From the sequence record SRR20825019_171: 42,193 nt of DNA; one strand, given 5' to 3'. Position numbers and translations under genes: made by a program. Positions 18,669 to 27,200 of this stretch are shown here, in pieces. Numbering within the stretch: the stretch's first letter is position 1; every line of letters begins with the position of its first letter. The notes below the pieces were generated by a model. It worked only from the letters and a program-made list of their open reading frames with translations. It was not told the origin of the DNA and ran no database searches.

Positions 18669-19208
18669 TTAACAAGGTTGTCCCTTGTCAGAGTTAGTGA
18701 CAAAAGGGATACATGGTGATGGTGAGCTAATGTCTACAATGTCATTTGCAGGAGGTGCTGCATCCGCCGCATTTGTTATTCTTACATAATATTGTGTTGA
18801 ATTATCCAATATTGAACTTGCATACCTAGGTGCATTTTCTGTACAACTAAATTCAGTTACTTTTGAGATGTTATACAAACTCCCCGAAACAAGGGTTCCT
18901 TTCAGGTAAATGGAATAACGCATGTTTGCAGGATAATTCGCAATAGTATATGCGTCCTTTGTAAACCGTACATAATTGTTTTTCAAAAAAGTAGCAAAGG
19001 CAGGTGGTGCGCACGTTAGTCCTCCGCAGAATCCGGGTAAATTAGTTACAGAACAATTCGGTGGTAGAACCTTTTCCATTGCTCCGTTAATTGGTTGTTC
19101 AGTTGCTGTTGATTGAATAATGTCTTTTTTCTCGCAAGAGACAATAACAGTTGTAATGGTTGTTAAAACGATTATGCTTAAAGCAATTGTTGAGATTAAT
19201 TTTTTCAT
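18669..19208 (-). CDS. Hypothetical Cys-rich lipoprotein
   Basis: Lipobox IVSC followed by EKKD; six further Cys, one at the C-terminus. Confidence 0.8.
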   Translation of the reverse strand: MKKLISTIALSIIVLTTITTVIVSCEKKDIIQSTATEQPINGAMEKVLPPNCSVTNLPGFCGGLTCAPPAFATFLKNNYVRFTKDAYTIANYPANMRYSIYLKGTLVSGSLYNISKVTEFSCTENAPRYASSILDNSTQYYVRITNAADAAPPANDIVDISSPSPCIPFVTNSDKGQPC

Positions 19209-19540
19209 GTGAATAGTTTAATTAAGTAAGTTAAATCAATAAAAGGCGGTGCCTTTGTTTAATGCCGGAATATATCGATGCCAGTCAACACCGCATAATG
19301 ATATGGGGTATCAGCCCTTCAGTGATAGTGATTATGTTTGTTAGGAATATACGTTAAACCCGAATTAGATTTGACTCTAAATGAACGAAATTATGATTTG
19401 GTAAAACAGCGCTAGGATGAGAATGAGTATTTCTCATAGTAAGAGAATGAAATTCCACTTTGTATATTTCACTTTACTAAGTAGTGATTGAATATCTAAA
19501 GAATGTGAGTCTGGAATAAATACTTGAAAGGAAAGTCTTG

Positions 19541-19743
19541 TGGACTAGGTCAGCCGCAGCCTATTGAGGAATTGTTTGAAATGGGAAGAAAAAAAAAGCT
19601 CGCCTTCATCCCGAATGAATTCGGAATTACATAGCTACCAATGGACCGAGTCCGCCGTAGCTTGCCGTAAGTGTTTTAGTTATGAGTGTGTTGGGTAAAA
19701 AAAAAAAAAAGCTCGCCTGCATCCCGAATGAATTCGGAATTAC
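19541..19743. repeat. Imperfect tandem duplication (~100-bp units) downstream of ssrA
   Basis: 19589-19630 and 19702-19743 match at 41/42; TGGACTAGGTCAGCCGCAGCCT (19541) resembles TGGACCGAGTCCGCCGTAGCTT (19642). Confidence 0.85.
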
Positions 19744-19750
19744 GGCGAGC
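19697..19750 (-). terminator. ssrA intrinsic terminator
   Basis: GCTCGCC...GGCGAGC stem with inner CCGAA/TTCGG hairpin and A14 on + (U14 on -), 3 nt past the tmRNA 3' end. Confidence 0.8.
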
Positions 19751-19753
19751 GAA

Positions 19754-20156
19754 GGTGGAGTCGGAGGGATTCGAACCCTCGTCCAAACGATGAAATCTCG
19801 AGCTTTCTACATGCTTATTCCTCAATTTAGTTTTCGACGAACATTAGGGCAAGGACACCCATTAAGTTCGCTTATCTTCTTAATCTCATACCGATGTAGA
19901 AGTATCGTCGGTACTATCCTGAAAGAAATGGTCCTTCTAGTTCTCCTAATTATCAGGCGGAATCGGGAGAGAAGGAACTTGTCTGTGTACTATACTTCCA
20001 CTAGATTAAGCAAATTAACATTCCGTTAATTAAGCTGCAAGTCTGTATGACGTGTTGTCAATTATAGTTTGTGACAAGATATTTACGAGCTTCACCACAA
20101 CGCTCGGCATGCTGACACTCGGTATCCGCTACCGCTGTCAAATCCAATACGACCCC
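19754..20156 (-). ncRNA. ssrA: tmRNA
   Basis: 5' GGGGUCG pairs with 3' CGACUCC-ACC (G3:U Ala determinant); GGAUUUGAC D-loop analogue; GAGGG-UUCGAAU-CCCUC T-arm; tag ORF at 20059-20030; 403 nt; terminal A of CCA not encoded. Confidence 0.96.
20030..20059 (-). other. tmRNA tag reading frame, (A)DNTSYRLAA*
   Basis: AUAAUU GAC AAC ACG UCA UAC AGA CUU GCA GCU UAA. Confidence 0.88.
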
Positions 20157-20168
20157 AAAGAACTAGTA

Positions 20169-20176
20169 CAAAGCTA
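20169..20176 (-). promoter_or_regulatory. -7 promoter element for ssrA
   Basis: TAGCTTTG on - strand, 12 nt upstream of the mature 5' end. Confidence 0.7.
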
Positions 20177-20256
20177 GCAATAATTGTTCCGAATAATGAA
20201 TTATTCTCGCTTCAAACGACTATTTAGACGAAAGAAGACTAAAAATGGTTGATTTT

Positions 20257-20360
20257 GGGCGTTTTGCGCACCTTCGCTGAAGCTTTGGTGCAAACAATCG
20301 GGTCATCCACTGTATTTCCTGAACAAAATGTCAGGAAGATGCCGTTCCTACCCCTAACGC
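20257..20360 (-). repeat. Composite palindromic repeat related to the Flavo-1-like element
   Basis: CTGTATTTCCTGA-loop-TCAGGAAGATGCCG versus the reverse complement of the 12351 element, CTGTATCTCCTGA-loop-TCAGGAGGATGCCG; adjacent GCACC-TTCGCTGAAGCTTT-GGTGC hairpin. Confidence 0.65.
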
Positions 20361-20376
20361 AAACCGTTTCTATCGA

Positions 20377-20832
20377 TTAAGCGTGTTGCTCTTGTTGAGC
20401 ATTCTTGCTCTTGCGATACGTATAACTATTAAAAATGCTTCGTTTCGCAAAACGATAAGGCTTATCTGTGTTGACTAACTTTTTGTAAACTCCAGCGTTC
20501 ACTCCGAAAAATTCATAAGTTGAACCATCAAGGAATGTAATTTCTAACAACTGACCTTTGTGTTTGAAATCAAAGATCCCAGACTCAGTCGTTACCTTTA
20601 AATATTCTTCTTTTGTAGCTTCCTTTGTTTCTGGAGCAATGCTTACCAAGAAATGATATGCATCAATGATTTGTTGGCTTTTTTTCTCTGCTTCCAATGC
20701 AAGCTCATCACCAGCTTGAAACTTGTCAGGATGCCATTCCTTAATTAGATTACGATACGTTTTTTTAAGCGGTCCAAGCTCAATCGTTCCCTCCACATCA
20801 AATAATTTCTTGTACTCACCAATTCGTTTCAT
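20377..20832 (-). CDS. J-domain (HPD) and KTSC-domain fusion protein
   Basis: LKKTYRNLIKEWHPDKF...IIDAYHFL J-domain; LLEITFLDGSTYEFFGVNAGVYKKLV KTSC; TACTTTTG promoter box at 20858-20865. Confidence 0.85.
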   Translation of the reverse strand: MKRIGEYKKLFDVEGTIELGPLKKTYRNLIKEWHPDKFQAGDELALEAEKKSQQIIDAYHFLVSIAPETKEATKEEYLKVTTESGIFDFKHKGQLLEITFLDGSTYEFFGVNAGVYKKLVNTDKPYRFAKRSIFNSYTYRKSKNAQQEQHA

Positions 20833-21006
20833 AATCCTATTATTCTAAAATCAGCCGCAAAAGTAGGCATTTCATGCGCGCAACTAACGAAAATCTGAAA
20901 AAATAATACATTGATAACCTGTAAAGTACTCAACCTTACCAAAAATTGGGCATAACCGATCACTAAGTGAAGCCGACGTGAGAAGGACTACAAAAAAAAG
21001 TAAACT

Positions 21007-21034
21007 AAAAAAGGGAACCCGAAGATTCCCTTTT
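21007..21034 (-). terminator. mscL terminator
   Basis: AAAAAAGGGAAcccgaagaTTCCCTTTT. Confidence 0.75.
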
Positions 21035-21053
21035 AAAATGTAGTGTGAATGAA

Positions 21054-21479
21054 TTACTTCTTCAACAAATCTCTTATTTCTTCCAAAAGAACTTGGTCTT
21101 TTGTTGGAGCAGGAGGTGCAGATGGAGCTTCTTCTTTCTTCTTTTGAACTTTCTTGTAAGCCTTAGAAATGGAGAATAATACAAAACCAACGATCACTAA
21201 GTTGATTAATGTATTAATCCATGCACCATAGCGAATTTCGGTAACAGGAATGGCTGCAGTAACCACAGTTTCTCCATCCATTACAGCAGGAACAGCATCA
21301 GACAGTACAAAGGTGAGATCTGAAAAGTCAGCTCCGCCTGTAAAATAGCCAATGAAAGGCATCATAATATCGTTTACAAATCCATTAACAACAAGGTTAA
21401 CGGCTCCTGCCAAAATAACCGCGATAGCAAGTTCTATCACATTTTTGGTCATAATAAAATCTCTAAACTCCTTTAACAT
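21054..21479 (-). CDS. mscL: Large-conductance mechanosensitive channel
   Basis: MLKEFRDFI..NVIELAIAVIL, IRYGAWINTLIN and LLEEIRDLLKK. Confidence 0.95.
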   Translation of the reverse strand: MLKEFRDFIMTKNVIELAIAVILAGAVNLVVNGFVNDIMMPFIGYFTGGADFSDLTFVLSDAVPAVMDGETVVTAAIPVTEIRYGAWINTLINLVIVGFVLFSISKAYKKVQKKKEEAPSAPPAPTKDQVLLEEIRDLLKK

Positions 21480-21583
21480 ATCAGTAATATTTTAGTTTTT
21501 AGTGCCCTAATCTAAGGGAAGAAAGGCAAGTTAACTACAAAAATTGTTAAAACATCGATGAATCAACGAAAAAAATAGGCCAA

Positions 21584-22189
21584 TTAAATAGAGAAGGGCT
21601 GACGTTGTTGAAGTGATCTACTCAATGTAATTTCGTCTGCATATTGCAATTCAGAGCCTATTGCAACTCCTCTTGAAATGGATGAAATCACAACCGCTGA
21701 ATCCTTTAATTTTCGATAAAGGAAGAAATTAGTCGTATCTCCCTCCATAGTTGCACTCAGGGCAAAAATAACTTCTTTAATCTTTCCAGAACCCACACGT
21801 TCAATGAGCGAAGGAATATTCAGATCAGATGGACCAACACCATCCATTGGAGAAATAATGCCTCCAAGAACATGATAAACACCTGAATATGACTCAGTAG
21901 ACTCAATCGCTAAAACATCTCTAATGTCTTCGACTACGCAAATGGTAGAGTGATCTCTCCGCGGATTGCTGCACAACGTACAAATGTTAGTATCCGATAC
22001 ATTTCCGCAGGTTGAACAATTCTTGACATTTTCCTTCATTTCTATAAATGCGTCAGAAAACCCTTGAATTTCTTCTTTTGAGCGATTCATGAGTTGTAAA
22101 ACGAGTCGCAAAGCCGTTCTTTTTCCAATCCCAGGAAGGGAGGACATTTGCTCCACAGCATTCTCAATATATTTAGAAGGAATCTTCAT
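21584..22189 (-). CDS. recR: Recombination mediator RecR
   Basis: LPGIGKRTALRL HhH; CSTCGN...CTLC zinc finger; YHVLGG.ISPMDGVGP; EGDTT Toprim. Confidence 0.97.
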   Translation of the reverse strand: MKIPSKYIENAVEQMSSLPGIGKRTALRLVLQLMNRSKEEIQGFSDAFIEMKENVKNCSTCGNVSDTNICTLCSNPRRDHSTICVVEDIRDVLAIESTESYSGVYHVLGGIISPMDGVGPSDLNIPSLIERVGSGKIKEVIFALSATMEGDTTNFFLYRKLKDSAVVISSISRGVAIGSELQYADEITLSRSLQQRQPFSI

Positions 22190-22193
22190 TGTT

Positions 22194-22244
22194 CAAAGTT
22201 ACCTAATTCCAGCGCGCTTCAATCCAATAGAAGTATTACTTTTG
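22194..22244. promoter_or_regulatory. Divergent -7 elements for recR and smpB
   Basis: TAACTTTG on - (22194-22201) and TACTTTTG on + (22237-22244). Confidence 0.65.
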
Positions 22245-22263
22245 CATACTTCATTTTTAACAA

Positions 22264-22716
22264 GTGCAAAACAAGGTCAACATACAAAACAAGCGTGCTC
22301 GGTTCGAATATCATTTGGAAGATGTCTTTACGGCTGGAATTCAATTGGGAGGAACCGAAATCAAGAGTATTCGCAACGGAAAGGCGAGTATCCTGGAAGC
22401 GTATGGTGTTTTTCAAAATGGTGAAGTTTGGGTGCGAAACATGCATATTACGGCGTATGAAAATGGGTCGTTCTACAATCATAAACCACGTGCTGACCGA
22501 AAATTACTTCTCAATAAACGAGAAATTCTTAAAATTGAAAAGTTCCTAAAAGTGAAAGGAAACACACTTGTTCCGCTAAAAATCTTCATTTCGGATAAAG
22601 GTTGGGCAAAGATGAACATCGCTTGTGCTATAGGAAAGAAATTGCATGACAAACGTCAAGATCTGAAAGAGAAAGACGACAAATTGGACATGGATCGCGC
22701 AATGAAAAATCGCTAA
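22264..22716 (+). CDS. smpB: SsrA-binding protein (GTG start)
   Basis: NKRARFEY...AGIQLGGTEIKSIR...RKLLLNKREI...GKKLHDKR. Confidence 0.97.
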   Translation: MQNKVNIQNKRARFEYHLEDVFTAGIQLGGTEIKSIRNGKASILEAYGVFQNGEVWVRNMHITAYENGSFYNHKPRADRKLLLNKREILKIEKFLKVKGNTLVPLKIFISDKGWAKMNIACAIGKKLHDKRQDLKEKDDKLDMDRAMKNR

Positions 22717-23579
22717 AGAAATCCAAGGGTCAGAAAATGAGCCCAGCGATCGCTAGAAATCAAGTAATACATCAGGAGTCCGGAAACGCCATAATAACTC
22801 GTTAGGAAAACAACGGTAAAAAAGATTGTTTTTCGTCTGTACCAGAGAGCAAAAGCGGGAAGTAGGAAGATAAGAATCACGATAAAATGTCGGTAGAAAG
22901 TATAGTGAATCGGGAAATAGTCGTGGCCAATTTTGTCTCTTGCGACAATTCGAACAGGATCATGAAAAAGCCAAGTTTGTTCAATGTAAACATTCGGTGC
23001 TTTGGAATACAAGATGTAATTTGCATCCGAGACCCAAAAATATTCATCCTGCTTAGTTTTAACAACGCTCAGTGGTTTTCCGCTGATTGAATATGCTTTG
23101 TTCAAATGATAATGTGTGATTCTATCTTCCGTATAATGTCGAGGTAAAAATCGATCTAAGATCATTCCAAAGGCAGCAATAATGCCAATTACGGCAGAGA
23201 TCCGAATTATTTTCCAACGGTGACCAGAAGTTAATTTTCGAAAGTAGCGTTCATTTTCAATTTCCTCCCGAATTTGTTGTTCCTTGAAACGGTCGCGCGC
23301 TACTTTAACGCGTTCTGCCTCTGAAGTTTTCTTTCTGACGACGGTTGTGTTCTTTCGCTGATGAGTGTGATGAACCGTTTTTACGCGATTAACTGGTGGA
23401 AGGGCGATTTTCCCAGTTACAATGTCGTACGCTTCTTTAATCAATAAAAATTGCTGTGCGGCTTGCTTAGAAGGATTCTTATCTGGATGATATCGCATCA
23501 CCAACTTTCGGTATTTCTTCCGAACTTCTTCCTGCGTCGACTGAGCAGTTACACCTAATATTTTATAGTACTTTTCCAA
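22713..23579 (-). CDS. J-domain membrane protein
   Basis: YYKILGV...KKYRKLVMRYHPDKN...IKEAYDIV; about three TM segments C-terminal to it; TTG start overlapping the menE-like stop. Confidence 0.85.
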   Translation of the reverse strand: MEKYYKILGVTAQSTQEEVRKKYRKLVMRYHPDKNPSKQAAQQFLLIKEAYDIVTGKIALPPVNRVKTVHHTHQRKNTTVVRKKTSEAERVKVARDRFKEQQIREEIENERYFRKLTSGHRWKIIRISAVIGIIAAFGMILDRFLPRHYTEDRITHYHLNKAYSISGKPLSVVKTKQDEYFWVSDANYILYSKAPNVYIEQTWLFHDPVRIVARDKIGHDYFPIHYTFYRHFIVILIFLLPAFALWYRRKTIFFTVVFLTSYYGVSGLLMYYLISSDRWAHFLTLGFL

Positions 23580-24576
23580 TGATCCTTGGTGCTGTCTTAA
23601 TGGTTTCTAAACGATTAATTTTCCCGCTTGCGGTCAGTGAAAAAGTAGGGTAGTACCAAACTTCTTTTGGAATTTCATATTTGGTAAGAACGCTCTTAAA
23701 CTTTTCTTTACTCAGTATGAGATCTTTAGTCGATTCTACGCAAAGAACATGGCGTTCACCTAGAATCTCGTCTTCAATTCCAATAGAAAAAAACGGAGAT
23801 TGAATAATGCTAGATAACTGTTCTTCAATGTATTCTGGGTGAATTTTAATGCCTCCACTATTTATGGTAAAATCCTTCCGCCCAAGCCATTTAAAAGTCG
23901 TTGAATCAATGAGTTCAACCAAATCATTTGTCTGCAAAGATTCGATTCCTAGCTCTGGATAGTGTACTACGAGTGAGTTACTTACTTCTGAAATGGTTAC
24001 GCCAGGTAAACAACTGTAAAACGCATCATTTTTTGGACTTATTTCTCTCAATGCAAAATGAGAAATCGTTTCTGTCATTCCAAATGTTTGGTAGAAATTG
24101 TGATTACTCTCAACGAGTTGTTCGCGCAGTTGACCAGAAATCGTAGCTCCACCGATAATTGTACATTTCACGAACTCGAATTTTTCAGGAGTATTCAATA
24201 GTGTGCTTTGAACTTGTATCGGAACCATCGCAGCAAAGTCAATTGTACGATCAATTCTCTCGAGTGGGTTACTTGTCGCTTCTACGACGATTAAGTTCAT
24301 TTTAGCCTCAATCGCTCTAACAATCATCATTTTTCCACCAATAGTTGCTGGAGAAAGGCACAAAAGGGCAGTATCGCCTTCTTTATTCTTAAAAAAATGA
24401 TTGGTGGCTTTGGCAGAAACAGACATGTATGCTCTACGCAACATTATTTTTTTCGGAACTCCCGTTGAGCCAGAAGTCTGTACCAAAAAATCCTCTTGTC
24501 CGCTGTTCCATTCCATGCAAAACTGCTCTATTTCATTGATCAATTGATCGTCGGATGTTAAAAATTCTATCGACAT
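23563..24576 (-). CDS. menE: Short AMP-binding enzyme, O-succinylbenzoate-CoA ligase-like; probable start ATG 24576
   Basis: TSGSTGVPK, YQTFGMTET, TNDLV, GRKDFTINSGGIKIHPE and TASGKINR. Confidence 0.7.
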   Translation of the reverse strand: MSIEFLTSDDQLINEIEQFCMEWNSGQEDFLVQTSGSTGVPKKIMLRRAYMSVSAKATNHFFKNKEGDTALLCLSPATIGGKMMIVRAIEAKMNLIVVEATSNPLERIDRTIDFAAMVPIQVQSTLLNTPEKFEFVKCTIIGGATISGQLREQLVESNHNFYQTFGMTETISHFALREISPKNDAFYSCLPGVTISEVSNSLVVHYPELGIESLQTNDLVELIDSTTFKWLGRKDFTINSGGIKIHPEYIEEQLSSIIQSPFFSIGIEDEILGERHVLCVESTKDLILSKEKFKSVLTKYEIPKEVWYYPTFSLTASGKINRLETIKTAPRIIGKVL

Positions 24577-24694
24577 GCTCTTTTGGAATGGAATTTGAAC
24601 TAAAGGTAACAACTTTGGACTAGAAGAATCTTAATAATTTGGAAATTGAGATGAATCAAGAATTTTGTATTTTAGACCAACTAATACGGAGATT

Positions 24695-25117
24695 ATGAAA
24701 AAGTTAGCTGGATTTTTTGTTGTAGCAATGGTAGGATTGATTATGTTTTCATTCTCATCAAGCTCAGAATCAGGAATTAACTTCGAGAGTTATACATTCG
24801 AAAAAGCGAAGAAAGAAGCGAAAAAGTCAGGAAAGTTGCTCTTTATTGATGCGTATACTGACTGGTGTGGACCATGTAGAGCAATGGCAAATGGCGCGTT
24901 CAAAGATGAAAACGTTGGAAAGGCCTTTGATAAAAGTTTCGTGAGTATTAAGATTGAAATGGAGAAAAATCCAGATGGTCCTGAAGTTGCGAGAATGTAT
25001 AGTGTTCGTGCGTATCCGACATTACTGGTTATTGACGGTGACGGAAAGTTGGTAAAACAGCTCATTGGAATGCAATCTGCAGAGCGATTAGTTGCCTTGG
25101 CAGAATCGGTGAGATAA
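24695..25117 (+). CDS. Exported thioredoxin-family protein; start ATG 24695
   Basis: Signal peptide; FIDAYTDWCGPC; VRAYPT cis-Pro loop. Confidence 0.9.
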   Translation: MKKLAGFFVVAMVGLIMFSFSSSSESGINFESYTFEKAKKEAKKSGKLLFIDAYTDWCGPCRAMANGAFKDENVGKAFDKSFVSIKIEMEKNPDGPEVARMYSVRAYPTLLVIDGDGKLVKQLIGMQSAERLVALAESVR

Positions 25118-25155
25118 AATAGATTAATATGTCTCAATTATGAGAATCAAATACC

Positions 25156-25183
25156 AAAAGGGAAGTGCTGCTTCCCTTTTTTT
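25156..25183 (+). terminator. Intrinsic terminator
   Basis: AAAAGGGAAG-TGCTG-CTTCCCTTTTTTT. Confidence 0.8.
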
Positions 25184-25257
25184 GTGCTCTCAATTTCTAA
25201 ATCAATTCATTCAATTAAATGATATGATTACATTTGAACCACCTAAAATCACGAAGT

Positions 25258-25935
25258 ATGAAACCTGTTTGGTTATTGTTGCATGGAGCTATTGGAGCTG
25301 AGGATCAATTAATTCCTTTGAAAGAATTACTCGAAGAAAAGTGTGATGTTTTTCTCTTCTCCTTCAGTGGACATGGTGATAAATCCCATTTGGAAGTTCC
25401 TTTTTCTATCGAATTGTTCGCTGAAGATGTCAGAATTTTCATGAATGAACATTCACTGAACCGCGTAAATATTTTCGGTTACAGCATGGGCGGTTATGTG
25501 GCAATGTATTTGTCCAAGCAGCAGCCTGGACTTGTCAACAGAATCGTTACATTAGGAACAAAGTTTGAATGGGACGAAGAAATCGCGGCAAAAGAGGTGA
25601 GAATGCTAAACCCAGAGATAATTGAACAGAAAATCCCAAAATTTGCGGAAGTTTTGGCGAATCGTCACTCTAGCACACATTGGAAATCTGTATTGGAAAG
25701 AACGCAAGATTTACTACTAAATCTAGGGATAAATAATCCACTTAAACTTGAAGACTTTAATTCAATTCAGCATGAGGCAACGATTCTTTGGGCTGAAAAT
25801 GACACTATGGTAAGCAGGCAAGAAGGGGAGTTGGTTGCGGAAAAATTACCGAAAGGAACCTTTGCCGTTATTCCAAATTCTGATCACCCGATTGAAAAAG
25901 TGGATTTAAGTGAGCTTTTGGACTACATCCGTTAA
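25258..25935 (+). CDS. Alpha/beta hydrolase; probable start ATG 25258
   Basis: LLHG, FSGHG, GYSMGG nucleophile elbow, WAENDTMV and SDHP. Confidence 0.9.
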   Translation: MKPVWLLLHGAIGAEDQLIPLKELLEEKCDVFLFSFSGHGDKSHLEVPFSIELFAEDVRIFMNEHSLNRVNIFGYSMGGYVAMYLSKQQPGLVNRIVTLGTKFEWDEEIAAKEVRMLNPEIIEQKIPKFAEVLANRHSSTHWKSVLERTQDLLLNLGINNPLKLEDFNSIQHEATILWAENDTMVSRQEGELVAEKLPKGTFAVIPNSDHPIEKVDLSELLDYIR

Positions 25936-25946
25936 GTGAATTCTGA

Positions 25947-26411
25947 TTAGTGATTCATCCTATTTTCACGCTTTTCTATCAGCCATTTATATTTTAAAAT
26001 GCGCGTGAATTTATCGTTGAATTGAGGAAATGTTTTATAGTATATTTCCTTTCCAAAGACCGTCTTCTCCTTAAATGTGATCTTGAAACATTCGGTGTAA
26101 TTACCTCCTTGAAGTTGAGATGAAATGGATGCTTCGATATTTTGAATCATCGAAATCGGGATAATAGTAGACCTTTTTTTGGAGCTAATTTTAATACTGT
26201 CATCAAGTATCTCTACGTTCAGCGTATTTGGGTAGAAAATAGAACCTAGCACACTAAATAATAGAGTTAGTCCTCCGGCAAGCGAAAAAATAAACCATTC
26301 GACGTTCTCAAGTAAAAAAAGCCATAATGAAATAAGAAAGAATAGAGCAGAAACGCTTAATCCAACGCCTAAAATGACAGAACTTAATGGAAAGCCTACT
26401 TCAGATTTCAT
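25947..26411 (-). CDS. Hypothetical protein with two N-terminal TM helices
   Basis: Two hydrophobic segments followed by a small soluble domain. Confidence 0.65.
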   Translation of the reverse strand: MKSEVGFPLSSVILGVGLSVSALFFLISLWLFLLENVEWFIFSLAGGLTLLFSVLGSIFYPNTLNVEILDDSIKISSKKRSTIIPISMIQNIEASISSQLQGGNYTECFKITFKEKTVFGKEIYYKTFPQFNDKFTRILKYKWLIEKRENRMNH

Positions 26412-26562
26412 ATCCGTTACTTTAAATTATCACTTAGATGAACATTTTTTTTGGTTCAAGAGCCACTAGAATTTAGTGCTAATTTGACTTCTAAAATTAA
26501 GAATCATTTCCAACCAAATACTATTGATGAAATACTCTTACCTTTCCAACAATTATAGATGT

Positions 26563-27180
26563 ATGGAATTAGAAAGCGACAATATTCTTGAATTTTGGCA
26601 ATGGTTCGTGAAAAACGAAGGCATTATTAAAGAATGTATTGAGAATAGTAACTCAAAACACAGAGAATACGTCGTTGAACAAATGAATGAACACATTCTT
26701 AGTTTCGGTGTGTTAACGTGGGATATAGGTCTTAATGATGACGAAAACTGGTTTCTAATGCTTTCTCCTAACGGAAATCAAGACATGCTTAAAGTGAGTC
26801 AGAAAATAATGGATGACGCACCTGAACACATGGATTGGCTTTTTTACGCGAGTAAACCGTCAAAAGAATGGAATCGGCAATTCACCATTTATGATCATTA
26901 CATGGACGAGCAATTCATCGATGCTTCGCAATGGCATTATATTTTCTTTGAAGAAAACGATGGAAAGCTAGAATTGGTTATTGAAGCAAAAAACATTCTT
27001 CAATTGGAATCTGACGTAGCCTTAACCGCAGCTGAACAATTCGTAATTCATGAAATAGGCGAGGAGGCAAGAATTCTCTCCATCTCTTCAATTGTTATTG
27101 TTCACACACTTGAAAGTGAGTATGAATCTTCGAAATCGTCGGTTGTAGAACTTAAGGAACATTTGGACGAAATTCTCTAG
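26563..27180 (+). CDS. Hypothetical acidic protein (FWxWF...AP..W pattern); probable start ATG 26563
   Basis: EFWQWFVKNE...LMLSPNG...DDAPEHMDWLF. Confidence 0.72.
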   Translation: MELESDNILEFWQWFVKNEGIIKECIENSNSKHREYVVEQMNEHILSFGVLTWDIGLNDDENWFLMLSPNGNQDMLKVSQKIMDDAPEHMDWLFYASKPSKEWNRQFTIYDHYMDEQFIDASQWHYIFFEENDGKLELVIEAKNILQLESDVALTAAEQFVIHEIGEEARILSISSIVIVHTLESEYESSKSSVVELKEHLDEIL

Positions 27181-27200
27181 ATTCACGACCGATTTGTTAT

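Noticed and set aside
19541..19743. CRISPR-like repeats
   Set aside because: Two copies only, the spacers are related to each other, no cas genes are present, and a terminator duplication explains it
14465..19753. Intact prophage or integrative island at the ssrA 3' end
   Set aside because: No integrase, phage or conjugation genes and no duplicated ssrA 3' end were seen; only scars remain
19754..19790. tRNA-like T-arm and acceptor end
   Set aside because: Its pairing partner is ~400 nt away with a tag ORF in between, so this is tmRNA and not a tRNA
19682..20029. 115-aa + strand ORF (MSVLGKKKKK...)
   Set aside because: Antisense shadow of tmRNA and its terminator; the poly-Lys comes from the A14 tract
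22089..22549. Overlapping ORFs 22089-22424, 22148-22549 and 22219-22482
   Set aside because: Alternate-frame or antisense shadows of recR and smpB with no recognisable motifs
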